DNA of 64,000 nt from Candidatus Kerfeldbacteria bacterium (GTDB taxonomy: Bacteria; Patescibacteriota; Patescibacteriia; SBBC01): NCBI GenBank assembly GCA_043799405.1, contig JAZDNT010000003.1:79461-143460 (forward strand). The letters are read 5' to 3'. Each line of letters opens with the position of its first letter. Position 1 is the first letter of the stretch. Shown here in pieces: positions 45,168 through 57,400 of the stretch. The notes under the pieces were generated by a model that did no database searches, had not been told where the DNA came from, and saw only the letters and a list, made by a program, of their open reading frames with translations. Made by a program: the position numbers and the translations under genes.

Positions 45168-45224
45168 TTAAATAATATCCTCCTTTTCGAGTTCTTTTAA
45201 ACGTTTATCGAGATCGGGGTTCAT
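45168..45224 (-). pseudogene. 18-codon fragment paralogous to the N-terminus of 43408-43608
   Basis: Reads MNPDLDKRLKELEKEDII-stop, against MDPDLDKRLAELEKKVDEM... Confidence 0.55.
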
Positions 45225-45225
45225 T

Positions 45226-45702
45226 TTATTTAAATATTTGGAAAACTATTACACCAAGTGCAATTGAACTCAGAAAAAATGAAATGCCTTGAATTATAAA
45301 AAACAAAGTTGATGATTTTCTTGGAACCTTATCTTCACCCTGATGTTTGTCAACTATTTTCTTAAGTGAACCTAAATCTTGTATAGATTCATCGTTATAA
45401 AACTCATCCATTGTATCAATTTTTGCGTTTGCCCAAGTATTAATAAAATTATACTCAATGAATAATTGAATAATTCCACATAATATTGAAATACCAAATC
45501 CTATCCAATCATAAATCAATGAATGTTTAAGTGAAACGCTTGGATTTTTTTGAAGCAAAAAAGCTGATGCAGTAAGAAACACAGTAGAAACTACAATCAC
45601 TTGGGTTATTACTTCCCTAAATGTCGAATTCGCCGCTTCAGTGAAGCGATATATTTCCTTTCTAAGTAAATCGATGTTATTGTTTCGAAAGTCTCCAGTC
45701 AT
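45226..45702 (-). CDS. membrane protein (AT-rich)
   Basis: 158 aa with about 3-4 TM helices. Very low GC. Confidence 0.55.
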   Translation of the reverse strand: MTGDFRNNNIDLLRKEIYRFTEAANSTFREVITQVIVVSTVFLTASAFLLQKNPSVSLKHSLIYDWIGFGISILCGIIQLFIEYNFINTWANAKIDTMDEFYNDESIQDLGSLKKIVDKHQGEDKVPRKSSTLFFIIQGISFFLSSIALGVIVFQIFK

Positions 45703-45833
45703 TTTTTATTCTTATCCTCTTCCTGATTAGGCTCTTTTGTTGGATATGTTGGAACAGCAACTCCCTTTTCAATTTTAACACTCGGATCATTTTGCTTTTG
45801 ATCCGGTTCATTTTCCTTATCTTGATCGTACAT
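45699..45833 (-). CDS. small acidic/lysine-rich peptide
   Basis: 44 aa from ATG 45833, which lies 1 nt after the gyrB stop. ATGA overlap with the next gene. Low complexity. Confidence 0.35.
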   Translation of the reverse strand: MYDQDKENEPDQKQNDPSVKIEKGVAVPTYPTKEPNQEEDKNKK

Positions 45834-45834
45834 A

Positions 45835-47901
<2,067 letters not shown>

Positions 47902-48072
47902 TTACCGGGATGATTTCTTAATGCGGGCCGAGCGCTTTAAACGCGTGATGAGCTTTTTCATATTTTCGCGGTCGGTCTTCAGCGTATCAGTCTCATCCGC
48001 TTGCTCCGTTAGAGTGGCTCTACCCGCGTTTCGTGATGGTTGTACTGTTGATAATTCCATTGAAAATTGGCT

Positions 48073-50340
48073 TTACCGGAGCTCTGCACCAAGTGACTTA
48101 AGTTTGCCTGTAATTACTTTCATTTTAGCCAAAATTTCGTCTTCAGTCAATGTCCGTTCCTTCGACCTAAACGTCAGGTGAAACGCAAGACTTCGCCTAT
48201 TTTCCTTCTCAAATACATCGAAAAGTTCGGCTGATTCCAGAAGGGGTTTTCCCGATTGTCGGATCATTTCGTCGACAACGTGGTACGTTACGGTAAGCGG
48301 GATCCAGAGCGATATGTCACGGTACACAGCAGGGTACTTCGGGAGCGGATTGGCCATTAGCGGCGCAAAGTTGTCGCGCATGGACGCAATATCGATCTCG
48401 ATCCACTCGACGACGCGACCAGGGTAGGTCGTCATATCAATAACCGGTTCAGTGTTCTTCGTGACCATCGAGAGAATGCCGAGTGCCCGAAACAGCTCAT
48501 CGAGCACGCCGATGATCTTCCTGCCATTGCAGTATCCCGGTTTCGGCTTAAACGCCATTCCGATCGCAAGCTTCCACGGCTGCTGCTGCTCGATTGGCTT
48601 TCCTTCCGTTGGGACAAAGACGCGCCCGATCTGGAACACCCGTGCGTCGGATCCTGCTTTGACCGCTGCGCGCACGATCGAATGAAGTTGAGGCAAGAGA
48701 CTTTTCCGCAAAAATTCCTGCGATGCATCGAGGGGATTCTGGATCTCGTAGTGCGGTCCCCCGATCTGTCTCGCCCACGGTTTCCCGTAGTAGGCGTGCG
48801 AGATCGTTTCGGTAAAACCGAACCCTACGAGCACGTCGATGATGTCATCCTTGAGCTTTATAAGCTCAGGGAGCGGTTTCGGGATGAACTCCATTTGCGG
48901 AAGGATCTCGGGGAGACGCTCATATCCGATGGACCGCCCGACCTCGTCGATAAGGTCAGCTGGAAGCTGCACGTCGAGCCGCCAGTACGGTACGGCGACC
49001 TTCCAGGATGCTTTCGTTCCTGAAACTATGAAACCGAGCCGCTCAAGCGCGCGCCGTGCGCTTGCTTCCGACACCTGAGTCCCAAGTACTTCAGAAAACG
49101 TTTCAGGCTTCACTGCTATGACCGTTTTCCGGGGTTTACGAGTACCCGCGGACACGATACCGCGTTCGACTGTGCCGCCGCAGAGTTCAGCGATGAGCGC
49201 TGCTGCTGCGCTGCTTGCCTGCTCCTGCAAGCGTAACGGCAATCCCTTCTCGAACCGGAGCGACGCTTCTGAGGAAAGCCCAAGCTTCCGCGAGGTCCGT
49301 CGTATGGAAACGGGATCGAAGATCGCCGATTCAAGGATGATATCAGTCGTCCTTTCGGAGATTTCGCTGTGTTTACACCCCATGACCCCAGCAAGCGCGA
49401 TAGGCCCTTTTTCGTCGGCAATGACGAGCACCGAAGGATCGAGGTTACGTTCAATGCTGTCGAGGGTCGTAACACGCTCGCCTTTCACGGCAGTACGGAC
49501 GGTAATGCCGTTACCCGAGAGCGCTTTCGCATCGAAAGCGTGAAGGGGTTGGCCATACTCGAGCATTACGTAGTTTGTCGCATCAACAACCGCGTTGATC
49601 GGGCGGATACCGGCAAGCAGCAGGATATACTGAAGCCACGCAGGCGACGGAACGACGCGGATCCCCCTTATGACGCGCGCAGTGTACCGAGGGCAGAGTT
49701 TCGGCAATGCAATACGCACACGGACCGAGCGTGACGCAGGCACAGTGGATTCAGAAGGCAGCATAGCCTTCGAACGGAACGGCAAACCCATGAGCGCAGC
49801 CGCTTCCCAGGCAATGCCCCGTACTGACATGAGGTCGCTCCTGTTCGCGGGAACGGAAACGTCGAGCACGACGTCATCAAGGCCGATCACTCGCGCGAAC
49901 GGCGTGCCAGGCGTAAGGGAAAGATCCAGTTCCATTGTCTTATCGTGCGCTTTACCGAGATCCAGCTCATCCTCTGAGCAGATCATGCCGTGTGATACAA
50001 CGCCGCGTATCGGACGCTCTTCCATGACCATGCCGTTCGGGAGATGGGCGCCCACCTTAGCAAACGCTACTTTCTGTCCGATGGCGATGTTCGGTGCCCC
50101 GCATACAACCTCAAGCGGCTTCCCGTCTTTCTCGGTAGCAACGAAAGCCAGTCGTAACTTATCGGCTGCCGGGTGCGGCCGGATGTGTACGATCTCACCG
50201 ACGACGATCTTATCGTATACCTTTCCGTAGTCGATCACCTCTTCAACTTCAATGCCGCCCATGGTAAGACGTTCAGCTACCTTTCGCGGCGAGGACGCCT
50301 TCGGAACGAACTTTTTTAGCCACGATAACGGTACTTTCAT
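48073..50340 (-). CDS. pheT: phenylalanine--tRNA ligase beta subunit
   Basis: 755 aa. tRNA-binding N-terminus (MKVPLSWLKKFV), B3/4 and B5 domains, FDX-ACB C-terminus. Confidence 0.95.
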   Translation of the reverse strand: MKVPLSWLKKFVPKASSPRKVAERLTMGGIEVEEVIDYGKVYDKIVVGEIVHIRPHPAADKLRLAFVATEKDGKPLEVVCGAPNIAIGQKVAFAKVGAHLPNGMVMEERPIRGVVSHGMICSEDELDLGKAHDKTMELDLSLTPGTPFARVIGLDDVVLDVSVPANRSDLMSVRGIAWEAAALMGLPFRSKAMLPSESTVPASRSVRVRIALPKLCPRYTARVIRGIRVVPSPAWLQYILLLAGIRPINAVVDATNYVMLEYGQPLHAFDAKALSGNGITVRTAVKGERVTTLDSIERNLDPSVLVIADEKGPIALAGVMGCKHSEISERTTDIILESAIFDPVSIRRTSRKLGLSSEASLRFEKGLPLRLQEQASSAAAALIAELCGGTVERGIVSAGTRKPRKTVIAVKPETFSEVLGTQVSEASARRALERLGFIVSGTKASWKVAVPYWRLDVQLPADLIDEVGRSIGYERLPEILPQMEFIPKPLPELIKLKDDIIDVLVGFGFTETISHAYYGKPWARQIGGPHYEIQNPLDASQEFLRKSLLPQLHSIVRAAVKAGSDARVFQIGRVFVPTEGKPIEQQQPWKLAIGMAFKPKPGYCNGRKIIGVLDELFRALGILSMVTKNTEPVIDMTTYPGRVVEWIEIDIASMRDNFAPLMANPLPKYPAVYRDISLWIPLTVTYHVVDEMIRQSGKPLLESAELFDVFEKENRRSLAFHLTFRSKERTLTEDEILAKMKVITGKLKSLGAELR

Positions 50341-50699
50341 GCGGATCGCACCTCCTGTTCTGATCCTTCTGACGGACCGTTCGTGAACGACGAAAGAGCG
50401 GTAATGATTTCCCGAGCAGGTATGAGGTATGCATCCGTATCAGCACTAGTCTCATTGACGCTCTCAACAAGCTGCTCGCGTAGCCCTACCAGTTTCTCGC
50501 GGGTTTCTTCTGTAAGTACGGAACTTTCCTGTAGCAATACATCAAGGGCGCCCGTGATCATGGTTGCGCGCGTGATCCGTTCGTGCCTCGGATTCACGGG
50601 TCCCTCCTCTGACGGACGCTCTATCCGAACTGCGGCATCGCGCAGAATAACGCGCAGCCTCTCTAGTATCTCTTCTCCGATCGGTGGTCTCTCTGGCAT
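50337..50699 (-). CDS. helical hypothetical protein inserted between pheS and pheT
   Basis: 120 aa from ATG 50699; the ORF opens at 50735, overlapping pheS. Its stop overlaps the pheT ATG (ATGA). Confidence 0.55.
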   Translation of the reverse strand: MPERPPIGEEILERLRVILRDAAVRIERPSEEGPVNPRHERITRATMITGALDVLLQESSVLTEETREKLVGLREQLVESVNETSADTDAYLIPAREIITALSSFTNGPSEGSEQEVRSA

Positions 50700-50712
50700 T
50701 TTGATGTATGAG

Positions 50713-51696
50713 TTAAAACTGCGTAAGAAAATCAAGGTTACCGCTGTACGAAAGACGGATATCAGAAATGCCGGAATCCAGCATCATGAGCCTGTCAACG
50801 CCCATACCGAACGCGAATCCGCGCCACGCCTTAGGATCGAGCTTCATGCTTTTTAAGACGTTCGGGTGCACCATGCCAGCACCGAGCATCTCAAGCCAGG
50901 TCGTCTTCCCGTTCACGGTCCACTGCATGTCGATCTCGATACCCGGTTCGACGAAGGGGAAATAGCTCGGCCGTACCCTGATCTTCGTGTCCTTACCAAA
51001 GAGCGTTTTAAGGAAGATCGTCAGCGTACCGACAAGGTGCGCCATCGTGAGGTGCCGATCTAGAGCGATACCGTCGCACTGCGTGAACATCGACTCATGC
51101 TTCGCATCCGTCGCCTCGTGGCGGTACACATGACCGATCTCAACGCACTTCAACGGCGGTTTTCTATGAAAGAACACGGATCGCAGCTGCACCGTCGAGG
51201 TATGCGTCCTCAGAACGAGATCGGGGTACCCTTTGATAAAAAACGTATCCTGAATGTCCCGCGAGGGATGGTCCTTCGGAATATTGAGCGCCTCGAAGTT
51301 GAACCAGTCCTTCTCGAGCTCGGGACCCTCATGTACGTCGTAGCCGAAGCTGCGCCACACCTCGAGCATGCGTCGTGTATACCGCGTGAGCGGATGCTGG
51401 TGGCCTCGGAGCGGACGTTCTCCTGGCAGTGTCGGATCGAACATCTGTTTTTTTGCTCCAAAAGAACGTCTTCGCTCTTCGAGCGCCTGTTCGATCGTAC
51501 GCTTCGCGTCCTGTGCGGCCTTCCCGATACGCGGCCGATCGTCGACCGGAACCTCAGGAAGTCTCTTCATGAGGAGCGTGAACGAACCGTTCCTGCCGAG
51601 GACCGATGATTCGATCCGTTTAAGGTCAGCGGCATCCGTCGCCGCAACAATAGCAGCGAGCGATTCATCGCGCAGTGTGACGAGGTCACGTTCCAT
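50713..51696 (-). CDS. pheS: phenylalanine--tRNA ligase alpha subunit
   Basis: 327 aa. HPLTRY, DTFFI, FPFVEPGIEIDM, GAGMVHPNVL. Confidence 0.96.
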   Translation of the reverse strand: MERDLVTLRDESLAAIVAATDAADLKRIESSVLGRNGSFTLLMKRLPEVPVDDRPRIGKAAQDAKRTIEQALEERRRSFGAKKQMFDPTLPGERPLRGHQHPLTRYTRRMLEVWRSFGYDVHEGPELEKDWFNFEALNIPKDHPSRDIQDTFFIKGYPDLVLRTHTSTVQLRSVFFHRKPPLKCVEIGHVYRHEATDAKHESMFTQCDGIALDRHLTMAHLVGTLTIFLKTLFGKDTKIRVRPSYFPFVEPGIEIDMQWTVNGKTTWLEMLGAGMVHPNVLKSMKLDPKAWRGFAFGMGVDRLMMLDSGISDIRLSYSGNLDFLTQF

Positions 51697-52099
51697 GGTT
51701 CTCCTTTGGTTCGGAGTGTCTTCCTATTGACGAACGCGCGACGAAAAACGCTTCGACGAGCGAGAGGAACACGAGCAACGGGATAGACGTCCACCACGTG
51801 AACAAGCGCCTCGATTGCAGGAAAAGGGTTCCGGAAAGCATCAGCGCGATGAGGATCGCTTGGCGGAATGAAATCGCGACCAGCTTGAATGCGACCTCGT
51901 ACCGCTGGAAGAGCCTCCGAACGACAAAGCCGACGATCGATGCGATCCCGAATATCATCAGGAAGAAGCTGACGAAGAAGAGAGCAACGCCGACAAATCC
52001 GATCGTCTCAGGATCAATGAACATCAATACGATGATCCATGAGGCGGATGAGATGGCTGTTCCTATTCCCATGATGGTGAGGTAACGCGTGAGCGACAT
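51686..52099 (-). CDS. membrane protein (4 TM helices)
   Basis: 137 aa. Overlaps the pheS start by 11 nt. Confidence 0.6.
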   Translation of the reverse strand: MSLTRYLTIMGIGTAISSASWIIVLMFIDPETIGFVGVALFFVSFFLMIFGIASIVGFVVRRLFQRYEVAFKLVAISFRQAILIALMLSGTLFLQSRRLFTWWTSIPLLVFLSLVEAFFVARSSIGRHSEPKENHGT

Positions 52100-52288
52100 G
52101 CTGAAGAAAAGCTGATTCTTTACTGGTCGCGCATCGGTATCGTTAGGGAAACGCGACCCGCTAATTAGAATACTTCTAGAGTATCATTTTTTTAGGCTTT
52201 TTACAAGTTTTTTTCGCGTTTTTAGCACTATTGAAATGACGCTGATACGGTTTTCCACAGCAATAAAATATGCGTTTTTCTAACAGTA

Positions 52289-52297
52289 TGGTATAGT
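52289..52297 (+). promoter_or_regulatory. extended -10 element TGGTATAGT
   Basis: Lies 47 nt upstream of the dsbA-like ATG in an AT-rich gap. Confidence 0.3.
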
Positions 52298-52343
52298 ACT
52301 ACAGTTCGTAGTAGATTTTTTAATTATTCAAAACAACTGCCTT

Positions 52344-53084
52344 ATGGAAAATGGGAAACAGACACCGGGATCAGGGAAATCGTTCCTCCAGGATCCTCAA
52401 AAACTGACGCTCGCGTTCGGTCTATCAGCCGGAATCGCCGTTATGGCGATCGTTGCGCTCGTCATCGTTGCCGTTAACGGTACCGGCGGAACGAAAACGT
52501 CGAAGAACACTAACACAGCAGCTGTAACGAATACGAACACTGATACGAGCGCGGCTGACGCTGCACTGTACGATCCGATCAGGATCGCAAGTACGATCAG
52601 CGGTCTCGACCAAAATAAATTCGCCGACTGCTACGATGCGAAAAAGTATACGTCGAAAATCGACGGCATTATCCAAAGCGCAACAACGGCCGGTGTACAG
52701 GGCACACCAACGAGCTACATCAACGGCACAGAGGTTTCCGGTGCAGTCCCCTATGCGCAGCTGAAGAGCGCGATCGACGCTGCAATTTCGGGGACGAAGG
52801 GATCCGTGAACGTCCCAGCGGTGACGAAGGACGATCATGTTGAAGGAGCGAGTAAGCCGAAAGTATACCTGATTGAGTATTCGGACTTCCAGTGTCCGTA
52901 CTGCAAGGCGTTCAATGCAACGGTTCAGCAGGCTTTATCCGACTATAATAATCTCGCAGTCGTCTTCCGACACTTCCCGCTCGAGTCGATCCATCTGTAT
53001 GCCCGCGGCCTTGCTGAAGGATCGGAGTGCGCGGCTGAACAGGATAAATTCTGGGAATACCACGATACGGTCTTCTCAAGCTAA
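52344..53084 (+). CDS. membrane-anchored DsbA-family thiol:disulfide oxidoreductase with permuted domain order
   Basis: 246 aa. TM anchor and T/N-rich linker. First comes a segment typical of the DsbA C-terminal half (GLDQNKFADCYDAKKYTSKIDG...GVQGTPTSYINGTEVSGAVPY). The N-terminal half follows it (VYLIEYSDFQCPYCKAF...VFRHFPL...CAAEQDKFWEYHDTVF). Confidence 0.75.
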   Translation: MENGKQTPGSGKSFLQDPQKLTLAFGLSAGIAVMAIVALVIVAVNGTGGTKTSKNTNTAAVTNTNTDTSAADAALYDPIRIASTISGLDQNKFADCYDAKKYTSKIDGIIQSATTAGVQGTPTSYINGTEVSGAVPYAQLKSAIDAAISGTKGSVNVPAVTKDDHVEGASKPKVYLIEYSDFQCPYCKAFNATVQQALSDYNNLAVVFRHFPLESIHLYARGLAEGSECAAEQDKFWEYHDTVFSS

Positions 53085-53105
53085 TAGACGCTTAGTAAAA
53101 ATCAA

Positions 53106-53134
53106 AGAGCGGCCACGAGGCCGCTCTTCGTTTC
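53106..53134. terminator. bidirectional intrinsic terminator
   Basis: AGAGCGGCC acga GGCCGCTCT followed by TCGTTTC. It sits between convergent genes. Confidence 0.65.
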
Positions 53135-53152
53135 ATCCTCTTATTTCATACA

Positions 53153-53641
53153 TCACCGTCTGACCGAATATAGATCACCGACGTCGACAGGATGATCAGG
53201 GAAGCTGCCGCTGACGCATTCGAGCACCTTCTCCTTAATGACGTTTGGTTGCAACTTGAGCGTCGGTACCGTATCCAGCGGTACCCACATCGGTTCGTAC
53301 GTCCCGCGCTCTTTCCTGCGTTCAGGTTCGTTCTCCTCAGCCTGCGCAGGCAATGTGACGGGAACCTTGGGCGTCTCGACGAGAAAGTAGTGCTGAATCT
53401 TTCCTTGTGGCGTCGACCCGAACATGACCTCTCTCCCGACCGTGACGTGAAGACCGGTTTCCTCGTACAGTTCACGGTATATCGTATCTACCGGTTGTTC
53501 TCCTTCATGCATTCCGCCTCCGGGAAAGACATAGTACTCGCCGTAGCGGGGATGAACGCGCCTAATTACTAAAAGGTGGCTGTCGGCAATGGCAATGCAG
53601 CCAGCGCGATCTCGATACCGTTGTTCGGGAAGCGCATCCAT
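53153..53641 (-). CDS. NUDIX hydrolase
   Basis: 162 aa from ATG 53641. Nudix box GGGMHEGEQPVDTIYRELYEETGL. Confidence 0.9.
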   Translation of the reverse strand: MDALPEQRYRDRAGCIAIADSHLLVIRRVHPRYGEYYVFPGGGMHEGEQPVDTIYRELYEETGLHVTVGREVMFGSTPQGKIQHYFLVETPKVPVTLPAQAEENEPERRKERGTYEPMWVPLDTVPTLKLQPNVIKEKVLECVSGSFPDHPVDVGDLYSVRR

Positions 53642-53645
53642 AGAG

Positions 53646-54437
53646 TTACCGATGACGCTGGCGTTTCGGAAGCAATTTCCAGTTGGTCGCATCCGCTATC
53701 TCAAGCAACGGAAACCGATGTTTCGTCTTTTTTCCGTACCAGACGAGCGCACCCATGTCCTTTGGAAAGCATTTTCCGCTGTATCCACGATACCCGTCCT
53801 GCAGCACCTTCATCATGCTCGTCGTAATTCGAGGATCGCGGCCGATCCCCTCTTTCACAGCATCGTAATCCGCATTGAGCCGTTTACACAATTCGTATAC
53901 CATATTCGCAAAGACGACCTTTGTCGCGAGAAAACAGTTCGCGCCGAGTTTAATGATTTCTGCTTCCGTAGTAGTCGTAAAGGCGTCATACGGTGTTCGC
54001 GGCAGGAGCTTCATGACGAACCTCGCCGCACGCCGATGCCGCGAACTATTCCTAGCGAGTCCAATGATCTGCCGGTCGGGTTTCAGGAAATCCTGCACTG
54101 CCGTCTTGTCGCGAAGGAATTCCGGATTGAACAGCCACGTATGCTTCGGGAATTTCCGCTGCAGTGCCGCGGTCGTGCCAGGCAGTACGGTCGACTTGAG
54201 GACGATGATCTTACGGCCGGTTATCTTTCTCGTTGCATCATTGACCATACGCACGTCGTATCCGGTTTTCGGGTGATACGGCGTCGGTACGGTCAGAAAG
54301 ACGATATCCGCACGGTTCACCTTTTCCATTCCGTCAGGAAACTGGCGTGGGCTGTAGATCGCCGCTCGCGTGAACCATGCGTGTACGGCTCTTCCGACCA
54401 TCCCGTATCCGACAATGCCGATCTTAGGTTTCTTCAT
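53646..54437 (-). CDS. short UDP-glucose/GDP-mannose dehydrogenase family protein (no C-terminal UDP-binding domain)
   Basis: 263 aa. Rossmann fold IGIVGYGMVG, NPEFLRDKTAVQDFLKPDRQIIG, YSGKCFPKD. Confidence 0.75.
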   Translation of the reverse strand: MKKPKIGIVGYGMVGRAVHAWFTRAAIYSPRQFPDGMEKVNRADIVFLTVPTPYHPKTGYDVRMVNDATRKITGRKIIVLKSTVLPGTTAALQRKFPKHTWLFNPEFLRDKTAVQDFLKPDRQIIGLARNSSRHRRAARFVMKLLPRTPYDAFTTTTEAEIIKLGANCFLATKVVFANMVYELCKRLNADYDAVKEGIGRDPRITTSMMKVLQDGYRGYSGKCFPKDMGALVWYGKKTKHRFPLLEIADATNWKLLPKRQRHR

Positions 54438-54466
54438 CGTGATTTCTCCTATGAACTACTATATCA

Positions 54467-57400
54467 TCATTCGCGATACTCGCAGATATCACGGTAGTCG
54501 CAGTACCGGCACGCCATCCCGGGCGTCGGCTCGAACCTTCCGGCTGAAATCGCTTCGACGGCCGATGTTATCCAGCCCTTCGTAGTTTCCAGGTCCTTTT
54601 CGGAGTAAGCAACGTCAGCCTCAACACCGTCGTCAAGGAAGTAGTAGGTGAGTTTCTCGACCTCTGCATTATAGATGTTCGGGTCCTTGACGGCGAGGGC
54701 GTACATGAACAGCTGGTACTTATCCTCGCGCTCCATCTCACGCGAACGTCCTGACTTGTAGTCGACGATCCTGACGCGGTTCCGTTTCGTAGCGGGATCG
54801 GCGGCAACAAGATCGATGCGGTCTATTTTGCCGGCGATCGTATAGCGGCCGAGTTTTAGGTTAAATCCCTGTTCAAGGCCGATTACCGTAGGTAGTTTAG
54901 CTGCATGCTTCTCGTAGAACTGCTTGAGCGCGGCGACCCCTCGTTTTCGGAACTGTTCCCGCTGGGCTTCGTTCTCGTACCAGTCGGATATGAACGATTC
55001 TTCGTACAGTTTCAGAAGCTCATCGAGAGTCACGAGCTGCTTGTCCGTACCCGATCGTTCCTTCTCCCCGAAGAGCCCGCCCTGACGAGCCGTCGCCCGA
55101 TCGTTCGCGAGCTGGAAGAACCGCTGCAGCGTCGTGTGCATCGACTCGCCGTACGACAGGAGGCTGTTCCCGCCGACCGGAACCCTGAGCACGTACGCGT
55201 AGCGGAACTGCCAGGGGCACTTTTCGTATGAGCGGAGCGCGGAAAAGCTGTACTTCATTCCGGTAAAACGGATATCGCTCGCGCCGAGAGGCTTTCTTTC
55301 GGGCCGTTCGAGCATTGCAAGTCGCGCGTGCTTCCGTTTCGGCTCTTCCTGTACAAAGCCGAGCTCGTAGAGGAACCGTGACGGTCTCTTAGCGCGGGAA
55401 CCGCCGTAATCCTCAGCTGCAGTGAAGTACAGCCCCAGTTTCGCCCTCGTCATGGCGACATAGAGAAGTCTCCGCTCTTCCTGAAGGTGCACGTCGCCCT
55501 CCGGGATGATCTCACGAATGAGCGGTTCCGGAATGTCGATCGGTTCCTTGCGCTCTGTCGTCGGGAACCGCCGATCGACGAGCTGGACAATGAAGACGTA
55601 GCTGAACTCAAGTCCCTTTGCGCCGTGTACGGTCATGATGCGGACCGCATCAACATCCGGTTCCGACGTTCCGGCAAGGCTTCCTGCATCGCCTGAATCA
55701 AGCCGCAGCTGGTGGTACTCGAGGAATTCATGAACGGTCGCATTGAGGTGGCGCTGCTCGAACGCAGTGATATCATCGAGGAACCGCCGGATCATCGCGA
55801 TCCGCTCGAGTACGTGCACTGTCTCGCGCTTGCCGAGCTCAGAAAGAACGCCGGCTTTCTTAAGGAACTCGAGGAGCACCTCGGTTACCTTGTGATTTTT
55901 CGCATACGTCGTACCGGTACTGATCATACGGAGGAGCTCATCGATCCCCTTTCGTGTTGCAGGAGCGAGATTCGGCACAGCGCGGTGCTGCACGAGCGTC
56001 TGATACAGCAATATGCCCTTTCTGCGCGAGTACGCATTGAGCTCGACGATATCGTCAGGCTTAATGCTAAACGACGGAAGGTTCATTACGCGGTAGAGCG
56101 CAGGACTCTCGTGGTAGTTATCGAGGAGCTTTAGGTACGAAACGAGGTCGAGCACGTCCGGCGTCCGATAGAGGCCCTTTGAAGCCATGAACTGGTACGG
56201 AACACCGGCGAGATCGAGCGCATGCATGAACTGTTCTGCCTGATCGTTCGCGCGTACCAGGATCGCGAACTCCCGCCACTCCACTGATTGCTTTCTCGTA
56301 TGCTCGACAATGCGCTCTACGACCATGCGCGCCTCTTCCTCCTGCGTTGCGCCGTTCAAGAACGCTATCGTCCCATCCTGACGATCAGAAGACCGCAGTC
56401 GTTTCGAAACCGGCTTGAGGACCGACGCCTTTTTCCGTCTCCGTACGCCCTTTTTCGGAACGTTCAACGCTACTTCGAGACGGTTCGGATTGTTGCGCTG
56501 GATGAACTGGTACGCAAGATCGAGGATGTTCTGCCGCGAACGGTAGTTCTTCGTCATGACGATCTGGGCGCACGTCGGATAGTCGTCCCGAAACTCGATG
56601 ATGTTGGATACCGATGCGCCGCGGAACTTATAGATCGACTGATCGTCGTCGCCGACAACCGTAACGTTGTTCCGTGGATGCCCAAGGAGCTTAATGAGCT
56701 CGTACTGAGCCCAGTTGGTGTCCTGGAACTCATCGACGAGTATGTAGCGGAACTGCTCGCGGTACTTCTCGAGGATCGCCGGGCGCTTCTTGAAGAGTGC
56801 GATGGTCGTCGTGATGAGCGTGCCGAAATCGAGGTTCCCCTCGTCGAGCAACAGCTGTCGGTAGGTCGCGTACGCACGAGCGACCTCATCGATGCGCTGT
56901 GCCTCGGTTATTTCCTCGGTGCCCTCGCTGTCGTGCTTCTTCGTAAACTTTTCCTCATCGCGGTCGAGCCGCAGCGAGCGGGCGTACGAACTGTAGTCTT
57001 CCGGTGAGATGTCCTCATCCTCGAGCCGGGAAAAATGCTTGATGAGCGCAGCAATGAACCTCGTTGGATTGCCGAGCGGGCGGTAGTAGTCGAGATCGAA
57101 ACGGTCGAAGTTGCGCCGGATCAGGAGCCACTGTTCGGTCTGGCTCAAGAGCTTGAAATCAGAGGACACGCCGATATCGAGTGCGTGCTCACGCAATATC
57201 CTCTCGCAGAACGCGTGGAAGGTCGATATCCAGAGGTTCACGTACCCGTACGGCAAGAGTCGATCGACCCGTTCTTCCATCTCTGTTGCTGCCTTGTCCG
57301 TGAACGTCAGCGCGAGAACGCCATCGGTCGGCACCTTCTTCTCCAAGATCAACCAGGCGATACGCTGCGTTATGACCGTCGTCTTGCCGGTCCCCGCTCC

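Noticed and set aside
47902-47961. 19-codon ORF just upstream of gyrB (MKKLITRLKRSARIKKSSR), vaguely like the PheT C-terminus (MKVITGKLKSLGAELR) and sharing ttaccgg at the stop. It was considered as a fourth 3'-end remnant.
   Set aside because: Nucleotide similarity is only modest and needs gaps. The segment between it and the real pheT end is only about 110 nt with no cassette. Chance similarity cannot be excluded.
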